A stretch of 64,000 nt of DNA from an uncultured Gammaproteobacteria bacterium. Its GTDB lineage: Bacteria; Patescibacteriota; Microgenomatia; Levybacterales; UBA12049. The position numbers were made by a program, and so were the translations under genes. Positions within the stretch are counted from its first letter, which is position 1, and each line of letters opens with the position of its first letter. The notes beneath the pieces were generated by a model. That model ran no database searches, was not told the DNA's origin, and saw nothing but the letters and a program-made list of their open reading frames with translations. Shown piece after piece: positions 28,372 through 39,320 of this stretch. Location: positions 135,782 to 199,781 of the forward strand of contig CAZWXQ010000002.1 in assembly GCA_964637955.1 (NCBI GenBank), in the 5' to 3' direction.

Positions 28372-30051
28372 ATGGAGGGGTTTTTCTTTCAAATAGCCAT
28401 AGTTATAGTCGTAGCTGCGACGCTTTCAATTGTTTTTCGTTTTCTTAAGCAGCCCTCCATCTTAGCTTTCATCATCACTGGAATTATCGTAGGTCCGCTT
28501 GGACCCTTTGGATTTACTGATGAGGAATTTCTTAAGTCACTAGCTTCTATTGGAATTACACTTCTTCTTTTCATGATTGGGCTTGAATTAAACGTAAAAG
28601 AACTTAAGCACGTGGGGAAGAATGCTCTGGTTGCGGGTGGGCTTCAAATGTTTATGACTACTATTGCTGGGGCAGGGGTGGGGATTCTTCTTGGATATAA
28701 TGCTGTTATTTCGCTTTATGTTGGTCTTGCTCTAGCATTTTCTTCCACGATTCTTATTATAAAACTCTTTTCAGATAAGAGAGATCTGAAAAGTCTTTAT
28801 GGAAAACTTACAGTCGGAATTCTAATTATTCAGGACATAATTGCAATTTTTGTTCTAATAATTCTTTCCACTTTTAATGCGTCACATGGATCATTTGATT
28901 TCCTAAGTCTCATAATTGCTGGACTTAAAATATTTATTTTATTTGGTAGCGTATATTTACTCAGCCGTGAAGTTCTACCCAAGTTTTTAAATAAAATTTC
29001 GCGCTCTTCAGAATCTCTATTTTTATTTAGTCTTGCTTGGGTTTTTGGAATAGCAGCATTAGTTTCGTCTCCTCTCATCGGATTTTCAATAGAGATAGGT
29101 GGACTTCTTGCAGGAATAGCACTTTCTAGCACTATTGAGAGTTTTCAGATTACTACAAAGATAAAACCTTTACGAGATTTTTTCTTGACTATATTTTTTG
29201 TAACTCTTGGAACAGAATTAACATTTAATAATTTCTCAAGCACCATTATTCCTACGATTACACTTTCTCTCTTTGTTCTAGTAATTTCACCGATAATAAT
29301 TCTTCTTATTTTGGGATTATTAAAATACAAAAAAAGAACTTCATTTTTTTCTGCAATATCCCTTGCACAAGTTTCTGAATTCTCATTAATAATGGTTTTT
29401 CTCGGGCATTCTATTGGGCACGTATCCAGCGAGGTTGTCTCTGTTATTACTTTGGTTGGGGTAATCTGCTTTGTCGTTTCGACTTATTACATAACTTACA
29501 GCAATCAGATCTATAAAATTTTTATGCCATTTTTGGGAATTTTTGAGCGTAAAAGCGCAAAAGAAGAAGTGTCCGCTGAAGAAATTAAAGACCATATAAT
29601 CTTGGTGGGTGCAAATAGGATGGGGGAGGGAATCTTGGTTGCATTAAAGAAAAAAGATGAAAAAGTAATTGTGGTAGATTTTGATCCAGAGATTATAGAA
29701 AAAATAAAGAAAGATTCTGATGGAGAGGTAGAGACTTTCTTTGGTGACATCTCAGATCCCGAGATTCAAGAAGCTGTAAATATCAGTAAGGCAAGTTTAA
29801 TCATTTCTACTGTTTCAGATCCTGAGGATGTATTCATTCTTCTTAAGCATGTTAAAAAAATAAAAGGTCTTAGGGTGATCGTTGCGGCATTTGAGAAAAG
29901 TGATGCCAGAGAGTTTTATAAAGAGGGAGCAGACTATGTTATTATGCCGCACGTCGCAGGAGGAAATCATTTAGCAAATATACTTATTGAGAAAAATCAT
30001 TTGAAATTAATAGAAGAGTATAAAGAAAAGGAAAAGTCTTATTATTCTTAG
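28372..30051 (+). CDS. CPA2 cation:proton antiporter with TrkA-N domain (Kef-like)
   Basis: LLLFMIGLEL, FSST, QD, LRDFF, QVSEF, ILVGANRMG. Confidence 0.93.
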   Translation: MEGFFFQIAIVIVVAATLSIVFRFLKQPSILAFIITGIIVGPLGPFGFTDEEFLKSLASIGITLLLFMIGLELNVKELKHVGKNALVAGGLQMFMTTIAGAGVGILLGYNAVISLYVGLALAFSSTILIIKLFSDKRDLKSLYGKLTVGILIIQDIIAIFVLIILSTFNASHGSFDFLSLIIAGLKIFILFGSVYLLSREVLPKFLNKISRSSESLFLFSLAWVFGIAALVSSPLIGFSIEIGGLLAGIALSSTIESFQITTKIKPLRDFFLTIFFVTLGTELTFNNFSSTIIPTITLSLFVLVISPIIILLILGLLKYKKRTSFFSAISLAQVSEFSLIMVFLGHSIGHVSSEVVSVITLVGVICFVVSTYYITYSNQIYKIFMPFLGIFERKSAKEEVSAEEIKDHIILVGANRMGEGILVALKKKDEKVIVVDFDPEIIEKIKKDSDGEVETFFGDISDPEIQEAVNISKASLIISTVSDPEDVFILLKHVKKIKGLRVIVAAFEKSDAREFYKEGADYVIMPHVAGGNHLANILIEKNHLKLIEEYKEKEKSYYS

Positions 30052-30128
30052 TTTATAATTATCAGTTGGTATGCCTAAAAATGAACCTATAGTTTGATTT
30101 TATTTTTATTTTTTGATAAAATTCCCCG

Positions 30129-30812
30129 ATGAGTTTTATAGAGCAAGAACGCGGACTAGTTAATGAAATTCCTAAACCTTTTCCCACGATAACTTATATT
30201 GGACTTCCTTCATTGAGTACATACTTTGAAGAATTGGTAAATCCGACATTGCCTCAAATGCAAGCATGCTCGTTAATTAGAGCTAATGGTATTCAAGTGG
30301 CTGATCCTGATAATACCCATAAAGTAATTGAAAAGAGTGATATTGACGGAGCTGATAAATGGACGGAAGGTGCAGTGAACTGTTCAATTTCAGCATTGGT
30401 CGGGCAAAATCCTGAAGGTAATTCAGTATCTGTATTAACTCACATGTCTCCAGGAGTTTTTGACTATAGATATGCTCCAAGCGAAAGTGCAAGAAGAGCA
30501 TACATTCGATTAATTGATAAATTTGCTCAAAGAACTGTAGGAGATCGATATGCCTTTATTTTTGGGGGAACGGATGAGAGGATGCGTGCATTAGATGGAT
30601 TCATAACAACCTCAAATAGAGCTGCAAAAATTCACCAAAAGCGTTTAGATATACCTACATTAGTACAAAAACCCGCTTGGAAAGATGATACTACACCAAC
30701 AAATGTTTTTATTTCTACTAAAGATAGGGCAATTTATCTCATTGAAATAGGAGGAAGTAGAGATATATATACTGTTCACCCTTCAAGATTATGGAGTTTG
30801 CCTGAGTATTAA
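30129..30812 (+). CDS. Hypothetical protein, possible CheD/CNF1/YfiH-like Cys-His hydrolase
   Basis: WTEGAVNCSISALVG...SVLTHMSP; AFIFGG. Confidence 0.5.
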   Translation: MSFIEQERGLVNEIPKPFPTITYIGLPSLSTYFEELVNPTLPQMQACSLIRANGIQVADPDNTHKVIEKSDIDGADKWTEGAVNCSISALVGQNPEGNSVSVLTHMSPGVFDYRYAPSESARRAYIRLIDKFAQRTVGDRYAFIFGGTDERMRALDGFITTSNRAAKIHQKRLDIPTLVQKPAWKDDTTPTNVFISTKDRAIYLIEIGGSRDIYTVHPSRLWSLPEY

Positions 30813-30837
30813 GGGAAAAGTTTTGTAGAATTAAACA

Positions 30838-31752
30838 TTATTTTTCTTGTTCAATTGATTCTAAAGCTTGGGTAGTTTCATTTAAAACATCATCAATTTC
30901 TCCATCCATAATTTTTTCTAAGTTATGCCATGACTTATTTACTCTATGATCTGTAAGTCTATCTTGAGGGAAATTATAAGTTCTGATTTTTTCATTTCTC
31001 ATACCGCGACCAACTTGAGTGGATTTTATAGAGCTTAATTCACTATGTTGTTTTTCAACTTCAATTTCCCAAAGTTGAGCACGAAGTAAATTCATAGCAA
31101 TTTCCCTGTTTTGGCCTTGGAATCTTTCTGTTGATGCAGTTACCACGATTCCTGAGGGTATGTGTTTAATTCTGACTGCAGTTGAAACTTTATTTACATT
31201 TTGTCCTCCGTGTCCACCAGATCTATATGCTTCAAACTCTATGTCTGCTGGGTTGATATGTAAATCTATATCCTCAAGTTCAGGGAGTATTGAGATAGTG
31301 GCTGTTGAAGTATGAACTCTTCCTCTTTTTTCAGTCGTAGGAATTCTCTGAACTCTGTGAACGCCTGCTTCGTATTTGAATAAATTAAATAGACCTTTAC
31401 CTTGGTAGCTTCCTGACATTCTAAAAACGCCATCGTCTACTTGTTCAACTTTTATCCCAACTCTTTCAGCAAATCGTGAGTACATTCTAAGCAACTCGTC
31501 TCCCCAAAGTTTTGCTTCTTCACCACCTGCTGCGCCTGAGGATTGAAGTATTACATTTCTCTCGTCCAGTGAGTCACCATCCTCGATATCATTTGAGTTT
31601 TCAAAATTTCCCATGATTTGATCTTTTTGGCGATTTAATTCATTCAGTTCTTCTTGCGCCATTTCACTAAAATCAGGATCCTGCAATAGATGCGTAGTGT
31701 CTTTTATTTTTGCATCAATAGCCTCTATAAGTGCTTTTCTGTAATCATCCAT
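30838..31752 (-). CDS. prfA: Peptide chain release factor 1 (short N-terminus)
   Basis: [14 protein letters not shown] (PxT), [17 protein letters not shown]. Confidence 0.95.
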   Translation of the reverse strand: MDDYRKALIEAIDAKIKDTTHLLQDPDFSEMAQEELNELNRQKDQIMGNFENSNDIEDGDSLDERNVILQSSGAAGGEEAKLWGDELLRMYSRFAERVGIKVEQVDDGVFRMSGSYQGKGLFNLFKYEAGVHRVQRIPTTEKRGRVHTSTATISILPELEDIDLHINPADIEFEAYRSGGHGGQNVNKVSTAVRIKHIPSGIVVTASTERFQGQNREIAMNLLRAQLWEIEVEKQHSELSSIKSTQVGRGMRNEKIRTYNFPQDRLTDHRVNKSWHNLEKIMDGEIDDVLNETTQALESIEQEK

Positions 31753-31859
31753 ATTACTTAATTTGAAATTTAAAATTTAGAATTTTCAATAAATATTAAA
31801 AATTAAATCATTTAGGTTTTATTTAAAATTGAAAACTTAAAATTTAAAATTAGCGTTGG

Positions 31860-32159
31860 CTAGCTAATTTGCGAAAGCATTTCGCGGAGTGTTTTTGGAG
31901 CTTCTGCCTTTTTCTTTTCTTGTTCTTTTTTCTCTTTACTTACCACCTGATATTTTTTAGCATTTTCTGTTCTAGTCTGGAATTTCTGAATTCTAGAAGC
32001 TGAATCCACAAATTTTTGCTCACCTGTATAAAATGGGTGACAATTATAGCAAAGCTCTACGTGAATAACTTCCTGGGTAGAACCAGTAATAAATTTGTTT
32101 CCGCAAACACAAATAACTTGTGCTTCTTCAAAATATTGTGGGTGAATTGCTTGTTTCAT
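31860..32159 (-). CDS. rpmE: 50S ribosomal protein L31
   Basis: [23 protein letters not shown]. Confidence 0.96.
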   Translation of the reverse strand: MKQAIHPQYFEEAQVICVCGNKFITGSTQEVIHVELCYNCHPFYTGEQKFVDSASRIQKFQTRTENAKKYQVVSKEKKEQEKKKAEAPKTLREMLSQIS

Positions 32160-32197
32160 AACATTATTATACCTTAAATTGAGGCCAATGACAATAT

Positions 32198-33175
32198 TTA
32201 TTGTGTTAACGTAGGCAAAGGACTTGGAATAATTATTCGATCAGAACCAGATAAATAACTTGCTTGTCCTGTTAATAAAATTCTGTCAACTTTAGAAGCA
32301 ATTTTTGTTATTTCTGGTCCAGCTCCATCAAGGGGTACAGGAATTGAAAATCCTTCGTTTTTTATTCTCTGTGTCTCATCTTTTCTTTTTAATTTAGCTT
32401 GCCAGGATTCATATCGATCTGGTCTTCTAGGGGTAATTGGATTTGCAAAAACAAAGGGAGAAAGTGATTCTCCCGATTCATCGACCATAAACCCAATTGT
32501 ATATCCATTTAATTCATGAGTATTAGGTTCAGGATTTTCAACGGAATCAATGATTCTTCTTACAGTATCGCTATCACTAGCTTTAGGATGATACATAATT
32601 GCTACAACACCACGATCTGCAAGAATCACTCTTGCTCCATCTGAATGTTCTGAAGAGCTAAGTCTAATTCGATCTTTATTATTTCTCCTTGTGACTTGAG
32701 TGAGATTTGTTTCAATTAATCCTGGAAATGTTTTTTTCGTAGAGCGATCAGTGCTCGCAGTTTTAAGAATTGCGCCCAATCTGCTTAAAGCAGGAGAACT
32801 AGATCCTTCAAGGGAGGTTAAGGTAGGTTCTAAGGCTGTCATAGCTTCTTGCTCAAATGCTTTGCGAACTCTTCTTTCTTGAGCTGTTTGCTGTTTATGT
32901 CTTCGAGCATTTAGTACATCCTGCGTAGCTGCAATTTGATGATCGATGCGTCTAACTGCTTCTTGTATTCTGTACCCAGCATTTCTTAATGGTTCAAGTC
33001 GAGCATCGATTGCTTCTCGTTCCTGTTCTAATGGGCGAATTGCGAGTTGAAGGCTTGCAAGGTCTTCAAGAAAACCATCGCGGCTTGCCTGATTTGCTGC
33101 GAGTTGTCTAACTAAATCTCTTTTCGGCAATGTTTCAAGTCCAGGCTTTGGTCTTTGATCGCTATCTATTCTCAT
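32198..33175 (-). CDS. Hypothetical protein with N-terminal coiled coil
   Basis: 325-aa ORF, heptad-rich N-terminal third; tgcTATAAT upstream. Confidence 0.7.
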   Translation of the reverse strand: MRIDSDQRPKPGLETLPKRDLVRQLAANQASRDGFLEDLASLQLAIRPLEQEREAIDARLEPLRNAGYRIQEAVRRIDHQIAATQDVLNARRHKQQTAQERRVRKAFEQEAMTALEPTLTSLEGSSSPALSRLGAILKTASTDRSTKKTFPGLIETNLTQVTRRNNKDRIRLSSSEHSDGARVILADRGVVAIMYHPKASDSDTVRRIIDSVENPEPNTHELNGYTIGFMVDESGESLSPFVFANPITPRRPDRYESWQAKLKRKDETQRIKNEGFSIPVPLDGAGPEITKIASKVDRILLTGQASYLSGSDRIIIPSPLPTLTQ

Positions 33176-33214
33176 AAAGTGGAATTATAGCACTAAAACT
33201 ACTTAAATCAACAG

Positions 33215-34141
33215 TTAGGATTTCGCAAACAGTTTGTGGATAGGGTGATAGTGGAGTCTGTTTTCTGCGATAAATATTCCTAAGAATACGAGGATTGCTC
33301 CGACTACATAAATAGGAGTAATGTGCTCATTAAGTAGTGGAATAGCAACTACTATGGTGGCAATTGGATCTACATAACTAAATATTCCTACCTCAGACGC
33401 TTTTATATATTTAGTTCCATATACGAAAAAGTAATGCGCAAGAATAGAAGAAAAATAAATTGCGTATAGAATTCCAGCCAAGCCTTTAACTGTAATGTCA
33501 GAAATTAAACTAAATGATTGTGCTTCCCAAAATACGAAAGGTAATAAGGGAATAGAGCCAATCAAAAACATCCAGAATACTAATGCCAGAGGATCATTTC
33601 TGACTGTTAATTTTCTTAAAAGAATTATTTGAATTACGCCACATATTGTAGCGAGAAAAATAAGCATACTTCCTAAAATGCTGCCCGAGAATCCGCTTTC
33701 TAAAATTGGACGAAAAATTATTGCCATAATTCCCAAAAGGCTAATTAAGGTTCCTGCAATTACTTTTGAAGTGGGCCTTTCTTTAAGAAATAAAATTGAA
33801 GCTATAATTAGAATTATGGGTCCAAATGAAAGAATAATGGGAGCATTAATGCTGGGCGTTAGCTTCAGTCCGAAAAATAAAAGAGGAATTTGAATCGTAA
33901 TCGAAAGTAGAGACATAATTATTAAATTTTTACGATCCTCTTTAGCTATTTTAATTTTTTTGAATATAAAAGGAAGAATAATTAATGCACTAATAAAAAA
34001 TCTTAGAAAAATAAATGTAAATGTTGGAATTTCTTCCAGCGACCATTTGTAAATAGGAAGGGCAGCGCCCCATAGGACGTTGGCCAAAATTAAAAATAAT
34101 ATTGCTGTCTGGACATATCCAGCATTTTTAATGTATCGCAT
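33215..34141 (-). CDS. DMT/EamA family transporter
   Basis: 10 TM helices, LWG, FLKER, LLNE repeats. Confidence 0.9.
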   Translation of the reverse strand: MRYIKNAGYVQTAILFLILANVLWGAALPIYKWSLEEIPTFTFIFLRFFISALIILPFIFKKIKIAKEDRKNLIIMSLLSITIQIPLLFFGLKLTPSINAPIILSFGPIILIIASILFLKERPTSKVIAGTLISLLGIMAIIFRPILESGFSGSILGSMLIFLATICGVIQIILLRKLTVRNDPLALVFWMFLIGSIPLLPFVFWEAQSFSLISDITVKGLAGILYAIYFSSILAHYFFVYGTKYIKASEVGIFSYVDPIATIVVAIPLLNEHITPIYVVGAILVFLGIFIAENRLHYHPIHKLFAKS

Positions 34142-35363
34142 TGGGCAGGCTCTCGAGGGTTATAGCTTTTTTTTCTCCTGTTTTCATGTTTTTCAAAATA
34201 ATTTGATCACTATCGATTAAAATAACGAAAGGAATACCTTTTTTATCGGCATATTTTAGTTGCTTATCAATTTCTTTGTCATCGATATAAAGCTCAACTG
34301 GAATACCTTTATTTCTAATTTCCTGGGCGATTTTAAAAGACTTATGATGTCTGTTAGTAACCAAAATTTCCGTACCTCCCAAATCATCAGGGAAGAGTTT
34401 TGCTTCTTCCATGGCTTCCATTGTTCTGTCAAACCCAAATGCAAATCCTACAGCCGAAACTTGCTTCTCAGCAAACATCCCGATCAGCTTGTCGTAACGG
34501 CCTCCGCCTCCGAGAGAGCCTTTATAACTTGGTGTAATTACTTCAAAAATTGCGTTTGTATAATAATCTAATCCTCGAGCTAAAATTGGATAAAATTGAT
34601 AGTACTTTTCATCAATTTCCATTTCTTTGAGGATCTCGAAAATCTTTTTAAGATTTGGAGTCATGTCTTTTTTCTTTAAAACATAGAGCCAATCTTTGGC
34701 CTGTTCTTTGTTATATGCTGTTTTTTCAGCAATTTCAGAAATAACTCTTTCTTCACCAATCTTATCTAGTTTATCTACAGCGCGGGCAACGATAAGATCC
34801 ATTTCGGCAAGTTCTTTTGGACCGTATCCTTCTTTAACGAATGGAGAAATCTTAGTTTGCTCGACTTTTAAGACTTCACGGTCATTAATAAGAACTTTAA
34901 AATTTTCAAAACCAAGCTTTTTATAAGAAGTTACTGCAAGAGCAATTAACTCTGCGTCTGCAAGAGCAGAGGATGCGCCAATAATATCCGCATCAACTTG
35001 AAGAAATTCCCTGTATCTTCCTCTTTGAGTGTTTTCTGCTCTGTACACATTTTGGATTTGATATCTCTTGAAAGGGAGGGGAAGATCATTTGAATATTGC
35101 GCTATGACTCGGGCCAAAGGAACAGTTTGATCATATCGCATTGCGACACGTCTTCCTCCATTATCTTCGAATTTATACATAAGTTTGTCACCTTCCTCGC
35201 CATATTTTCCGGTCAAGACATCTTCATATTCGAGAACGGGTGTTTCAAGAGGATCAAAACCATATGAATTAAAAACCTCTTTAAGGGTATTTAATACAAA
35301 ATTTCTTTTTCTAACATCACGAGGTAAAAAATCTCTGAAGCCTTTTAAAGTCTGAGCGCTCAT
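34128..35363 (-). CDS. hisS: Histidine--tRNA ligase
   Basis: KGFRDFLP, RYDQTVP, GRYREF, RGLDYY, GGGRYD. Confidence 0.97.
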   Translation of the reverse strand: MSAQTLKGFRDFLPRDVRKRNFVLNTLKEVFNSYGFDPLETPVLEYEDVLTGKYGEEGDKLMYKFEDNGGRRVAMRYDQTVPLARVIAQYSNDLPLPFKRYQIQNVYRAENTQRGRYREFLQVDADIIGASSALADAELIALAVTSYKKLGFENFKVLINDREVLKVEQTKISPFVKEGYGPKELAEMDLIVARAVDKLDKIGEERVISEIAEKTAYNKEQAKDWLYVLKKKDMTPNLKKIFEILKEMEIDEKYYQFYPILARGLDYYTNAIFEVITPSYKGSLGGGGRYDKLIGMFAEKQVSAVGFAFGFDRTMEAMEEAKLFPDDLGGTEILVTNRHHKSFKIAQEIRNKGIPVELYIDDKEIDKQLKYADKKGIPFVILIDSDQIILKNMKTGEKKAITLESLPNAIH

Positions 35364-35387
35364 AACCAAATTGTAGCATAAAAAGTG

Positions 35388-36410
35388 TTATTTAGGATCA
35401 GTATTTTGCGTTTCTTTTTCTTTAAAATAGAAAGTATAGAATTCTTGTCCTGCAACCAAAATAATACTGATTACTGGAACTGCCAAAATTGCTCCCAAAA
35501 ATCCTGCAACTTTTATTCCGATAAGTAGAGATAAGATCACTATTATCGGATTTACATTAAAGGCTTTACCAATTAATTTTGGACCTAATACATTAAATAT
35601 AAATTGTTGGATTCCAAAAATAATTAAGAAAATAAGAATTGCTCGGTCTGGGCTTTCTACGAGTGTTACAAGCAGAGGAGGGATAATGCCTATTATTGGA
35701 CCGATCACAGGAACAGCGGTTAGGATTCCAGCGAGTACGGAAGTAGAAGTGGCATAATTAACTCCAAAAATAGTAAGTACGACGTATGTGATTAATCCTC
35801 CAATCACGCCCCATAAAACCTGAATTCTAACAAAAGAAGCAAATGAATTATCGATTACTCCTTGAATGAATTTAATCTGAGAATGATATTTTTTAGGGGA
35901 AAGAGCAAAAATCTTCCTATTTATATTATCCCTATCTATGACAAGATAAAATGACAAAATAAGAATAGTCACCAAGTTAACAAAAAATTGAGTAACTGAT
36001 GGAATTATATTTTCTGAAATTTTAACAGTATGAGTAACATTATTTAGTCCTTCCTGAAATGCTGGTGGAAATTCTTTTAACATTCCAGGCGCAAGTCTTT
36101 GTAATGAATTAAATTGTGCATTTAGATCTGGAATGAAGATCATAAAAGTTGCGGCAAGAAGCGCACCAGCTAAAACAAAAACGATAACAGTTGAAATTAC
36201 TTTAGGAAGCCTTAGATATTTTGTAACTAGATCTACGAAAGGTTCTAGGACAAAGCTTACTAGCCAACCAAGAATAATTATCCAGATAATATCTGAAAAA
36301 TTACGAAGTAAGTCAAAAACAAATTCCAAGAGATAAATACTAACTGCTAAAGTAAGTAGTATTGTAAGAACTTTTAAGGACGATAATTCCTTTTTAATAT
36401 CATCAATCAT
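35388..36410 (-). CDS. AI-2E family transporter
   Basis: Multi-TM, VPVIGP, LGPKLIG...VNP, GAILAVP. Confidence 0.9.
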   Translation of the reverse strand: MIDDIKKELSSLKVLTILLTLAVSIYLLEFVFDLLRNFSDIIWIIILGWLVSFVLEPFVDLVTKYLRLPKVISTVIVFVLAGALLAATFMIFIPDLNAQFNSLQRLAPGMLKEFPPAFQEGLNNVTHTVKISENIIPSVTQFFVNLVTILILSFYLVIDRDNINRKIFALSPKKYHSQIKFIQGVIDNSFASFVRIQVLWGVIGGLITYVVLTIFGVNYATSTSVLAGILTAVPVIGPIIGIIPPLLVTLVESPDRAILIFLIIFGIQQFIFNVLGPKLIGKAFNVNPIIVILSLLIGIKVAGFLGAILAVPVISIILVAGQEFYTFYFKEKETQNTDPK

Positions 36411-37440
36411 TTACCTCAATTATTTCTCTTTTCGAATGTGAAATCAACTGAGCTTTACCCCCTCTAAGTAATACTAAATCTTCTATTCTAACTCCTCCAA
36501 ATCCTGGAATATAAATTCCTGGCTCGATTGAAAAAATCATGCCATTTTTTAACACCTCTTTCGAATTAGGGGAGATGTGCGGATTTTCATGAACTTCAAG
36601 TCCAATTCCATGACCAACTGAATGAATTATATTTGGATAATTTTGTTTTAAAATATAATTTCTTGCAGTTTTATCTATTTCTGAAGCTATTACTTGGTGG
36701 TTAATTTTAGCTATAGCCAATTTTTGAGCCTCCAAAACTGTTTCGTGAATTTTTTTAAACTCCTGAGGAGCACGTCCAAAGTAAACAGTCCTAGTCATAT
36801 CTGAACAATAATTATTTATTTTTACTCCAAAATCCATGAGTACAATGTGATTCTTTTTAAGCTTATTATTTCCAGTTTCGTGATGTGGAGTAGAGGAGTT
36901 TGCACCAAATGCGACAATAGGTTTAAATGAAATAACGCTATTTCTAGATTTAAAGAAATTTATTAGTTCATCTGCAATTTGTAATTCTGTTACGCCAGTT
37001 TTTAATTTTTTTAAAACAAAGTCAAAAGCTTCATCGCCAATCTTACAAGCTTTTTTAATATTTTCTATTTCGCTTTTAGTTTTTATGATTCGTTTTTCTG
37101 AAAAAGCTGATGGAAAAATCTTTGCAAATTTATTAAGTGCTTTATATTCTGAAACGGTTAAATTATTTTCTTCAACTTCAAGGGAGGAGATGTTATTAAT
37201 TTCAAAAAATTCCTTAGCATCTTTTACTAAAAAATAAATTGCTCCATTCTCAATTACTTCAAATCCTTTAGTTTGTTTTTTTACAGCTTCTGAATATCTT
37301 TGATCAGTGATTATGTATTTTTTATTTTTTGTAAGTAATACAAATGCTTCGCGTTCGGATTCTGAAAAGCCTGAAAAACCAGTTAGGTAAACAATGTTTG
37401 GAATAGAGGAAATTAAAATAGCATCAGATTTTTTTTTCAT
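36403..37440 (-). CDS. Xaa-Pro aminopeptidase (M24B)
   Basis: YCSDMTRT, HSVGHGIGLEVHE, IEPGIY, GVRIED. Confidence 0.95.
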   Translation of the reverse strand: MKKKSDAILISSIPNIVYLTGFSGFSESEREAFVLLTKNKKYIITDQRYSEAVKKQTKGFEVIENGAIYFLVKDAKEFFEINNISSLEVEENNLTVSEYKALNKFAKIFPSAFSEKRIIKTKSEIENIKKACKIGDEAFDFVLKKLKTGVTELQIADELINFFKSRNSVISFKPIVAFGANSSTPHHETGNNKLKKNHIVLMDFGVKINNYCSDMTRTVYFGRAPQEFKKIHETVLEAQKLAIAKINHQVIASEIDKTARNYILKQNYPNIIHSVGHGIGLEVHENPHISPNSKEVLKNGMIFSIEPGIYIPGFGGVRIEDLVLLRGGKAQLISHSKREIIEVND

Positions 37441-38192
37441 TTCTCAGGAGTTGGAGAAGGGGACTTGCTAATAGATTTAGAAGGAATTGTTTCTGTTTCA
37501 CTAATTTCTATTCTTGGGTTTTTTGGAACATCAGGGAATATTATAATTCGACTCGCTGTAATCCTTTCTGAATCTTTGGGATCCACAAAACCTATCACTA
37601 GAGCATTTTTTAAATTATCAATTTTTGTAAATCCGATTGTCTCGAGTTCTCCATCTGAGAAAGAAAAAGTTTTTGTTATTTTTTCTATATCAACTTTATA
37701 ATTCTTTTCACTTTCCGTTGAAAGGGTAACTGTGAATTCCTCATCGTCTTTATCGGAAATTACTCCATTTAGAAAAACAGGAATACTTATTTCATTTACA
37801 AATCTTGCAAGAAGTTTTCCGGAATCCTTATTGTAGAGGCCTATAGCTGAGATTTTTGTGCCCTTTTTTACATCTGTTAAATCAAATGTGCCTTCACCTG
37901 ACGAGAATTTAGTTAATTCATCAGTATCTATGATTCTAGTTTTATCATTTAAATCAAGGATTCTTATTTCATTTTCATTTACGCTTTCTACCACACCAAC
38001 CATTCCTCTTTTTTCAACAAGCTTTAATTCTGCAACGCGAGACGCAACTTTATCTTTAATTAAATCCACTTTGCTTTCTGTAGCTTCAACGCTCGTTTCG
38101 CTATCATCATCAGGCGTAGTCGTTTGCGCAAATGAATTATTTGTAGTAATCAAGAATGTAAGAAAGAATAGTATAAAAAAATATTTTTTCAT
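37437..38192 (-). CDS. Secreted protein with tandem OB-like (DUF5666-like) domains
   Basis: Signal peptide; two repeats GVxxxV...DxxTKF...D(V/I)KKG..I. Confidence 0.65.
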   Translation of the reverse strand: MKKYFFILFFLTFLITTNNSFAQTTTPDDDSETSVEATESKVDLIKDKVASRVAELKLVEKRGMVGVVESVNENEIRILDLNDKTRIIDTDELTKFSSGEGTFDLTDVKKGTKISAIGLYNKDSGKLLARFVNEISIPVFLNGVISDKDDEEFTVTLSTESEKNYKVDIEKITKTFSFSDGELETIGFTKIDNLKNALVIGFVDPKDSERITASRIIIFPDVPKNPRIEISETETIPSKSISKSPSPTPEK

Positions 38193-38193
38193 T

Positions 38194-38619
38194 TTAAAAA
38201 TTCTCTGTTGAGTAGGAAACAACTCTTTTTACTTTTACAATTTCTCCGTTTGGAGCAATTGCTGAGATTTCAATAATATTTTCATCCGCAGATAAATTTA
38301 TATCTGTTGAGAAATTTCCATCTTTTCCAGGAACTGCTGCTTCCTCATTATCAGCTGTTAGTATTACTATTTTAGCATCTGGAATGGTTTTACCGGAAAT
38401 TTTGATGTTTTTTTCTTCAACGACCTCCTCATCTTTAGGTGAATCAATTGTTAAAAATAAATTTGAGGATGGGGTAGGAGTAGGATTGTCCACCGTAATA
38501 GTTTTAAGCTCAGTTGGATTAATTTTTTTAGTTGATTGATAAATAAAGAAAACGCCAGTTGCAACGGCAACGCCGATAATTATAGATATTATAGCGAGGA
38601 TTATCTTTTCTTTTTTCAT
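38194..38619 (-). CDS. Membrane-anchored Ig-like domain protein
   Basis: N-terminal TM; LTIDSPKDEEVV...ISGKT...DGNFS...ENIIEISA. Confidence 0.7.
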   Translation of the reverse strand: MKKEKIILAIISIIIGVAVATGVFFIYQSTKKINPTELKTITVDNPTPTPSSNLFLTIDSPKDEEVVEEKNIKISGKTIPDAKIVILTADNEEAAVPGKDGNFSTDINLSADENIIEISAIAPNGEIVKVKRVVSYSTENF

Positions 38620-38716
38620 AGATACTGGGGCAATTATAATCTTTTTTTGTAAAAATCATCTTACAACTTCATTAAATCCCTTGTCAAGAAAACTATGACT
38701 ATGCTAGGATACGAAG

Positions 38717-39241
38717 ATGGATATAATGATACTTCCTGGAGATGGCCTAAGAGTTAAAGGAAAAAATTCGACTTTAGTTTTGAATCCTACGGTCGCTACA
38801 ACGAAAACTGAAGCTGATGGTGTAATATTGCTTGATAAATTCCTAAGCTTTAATGACTCAAAAATTGAAGGATCTCGAATTAGAATAATCGGTCCAGGAG
38901 ATTATGAGGTGGGAGGAGCAAAGATTACTGCTATTAGTGTATTTGAAAAACTAGCTGTCAGAATTGACATCGATAATGTAAAAATTTTAATAGGAAATGG
39001 TGAAGCAATTGAGAAAATTCAAGATAAAGTGGAGGACAGCGATATTTTAGTTGTTAATGCAGATATGAAATTTAATTATTCAACTCTTGCTTCACTTGAG
39101 CCTAAAGTCCTTATGGTTTATGGGGAGTTGAAAGATGAAGTAGGCAAGTCTCTTGGAAAAGAAAATGCTGAAAAAATGAATAAATACTCGGTGACAAAAG
39201 ATAAGCTTCCCTCAGAGCTACAATTTATTTTACTTGGCTAG
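38717..39241 (+). CDS. Degenerate MBL-fold protein lacking metal ligands
   Basis: IIGPGDYEVGG, LEPKVL; no HxHxDH. Confidence 0.65.
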   Translation: MDIMILPGDGLRVKGKNSTLVLNPTVATTKTEADGVILLDKFLSFNDSKIEGSRIRIIGPGDYEVGGAKITAISVFEKLAVRIDIDNVKILIGNGEAIEKIQDKVEDSDILVVNADMKFNYSTLASLEPKVLMVYGELKDEVGKSLGKENAEKMNKYSVTKDKLPSELQFILLG

Positions 39242-39320
39242 TCTGCTCATCAAAATATAAAATTTGGTAGTGTTTGATTTATTGTTTTTTTAGTTACTCT
39301 GGATTATTATTTTAAAACTT

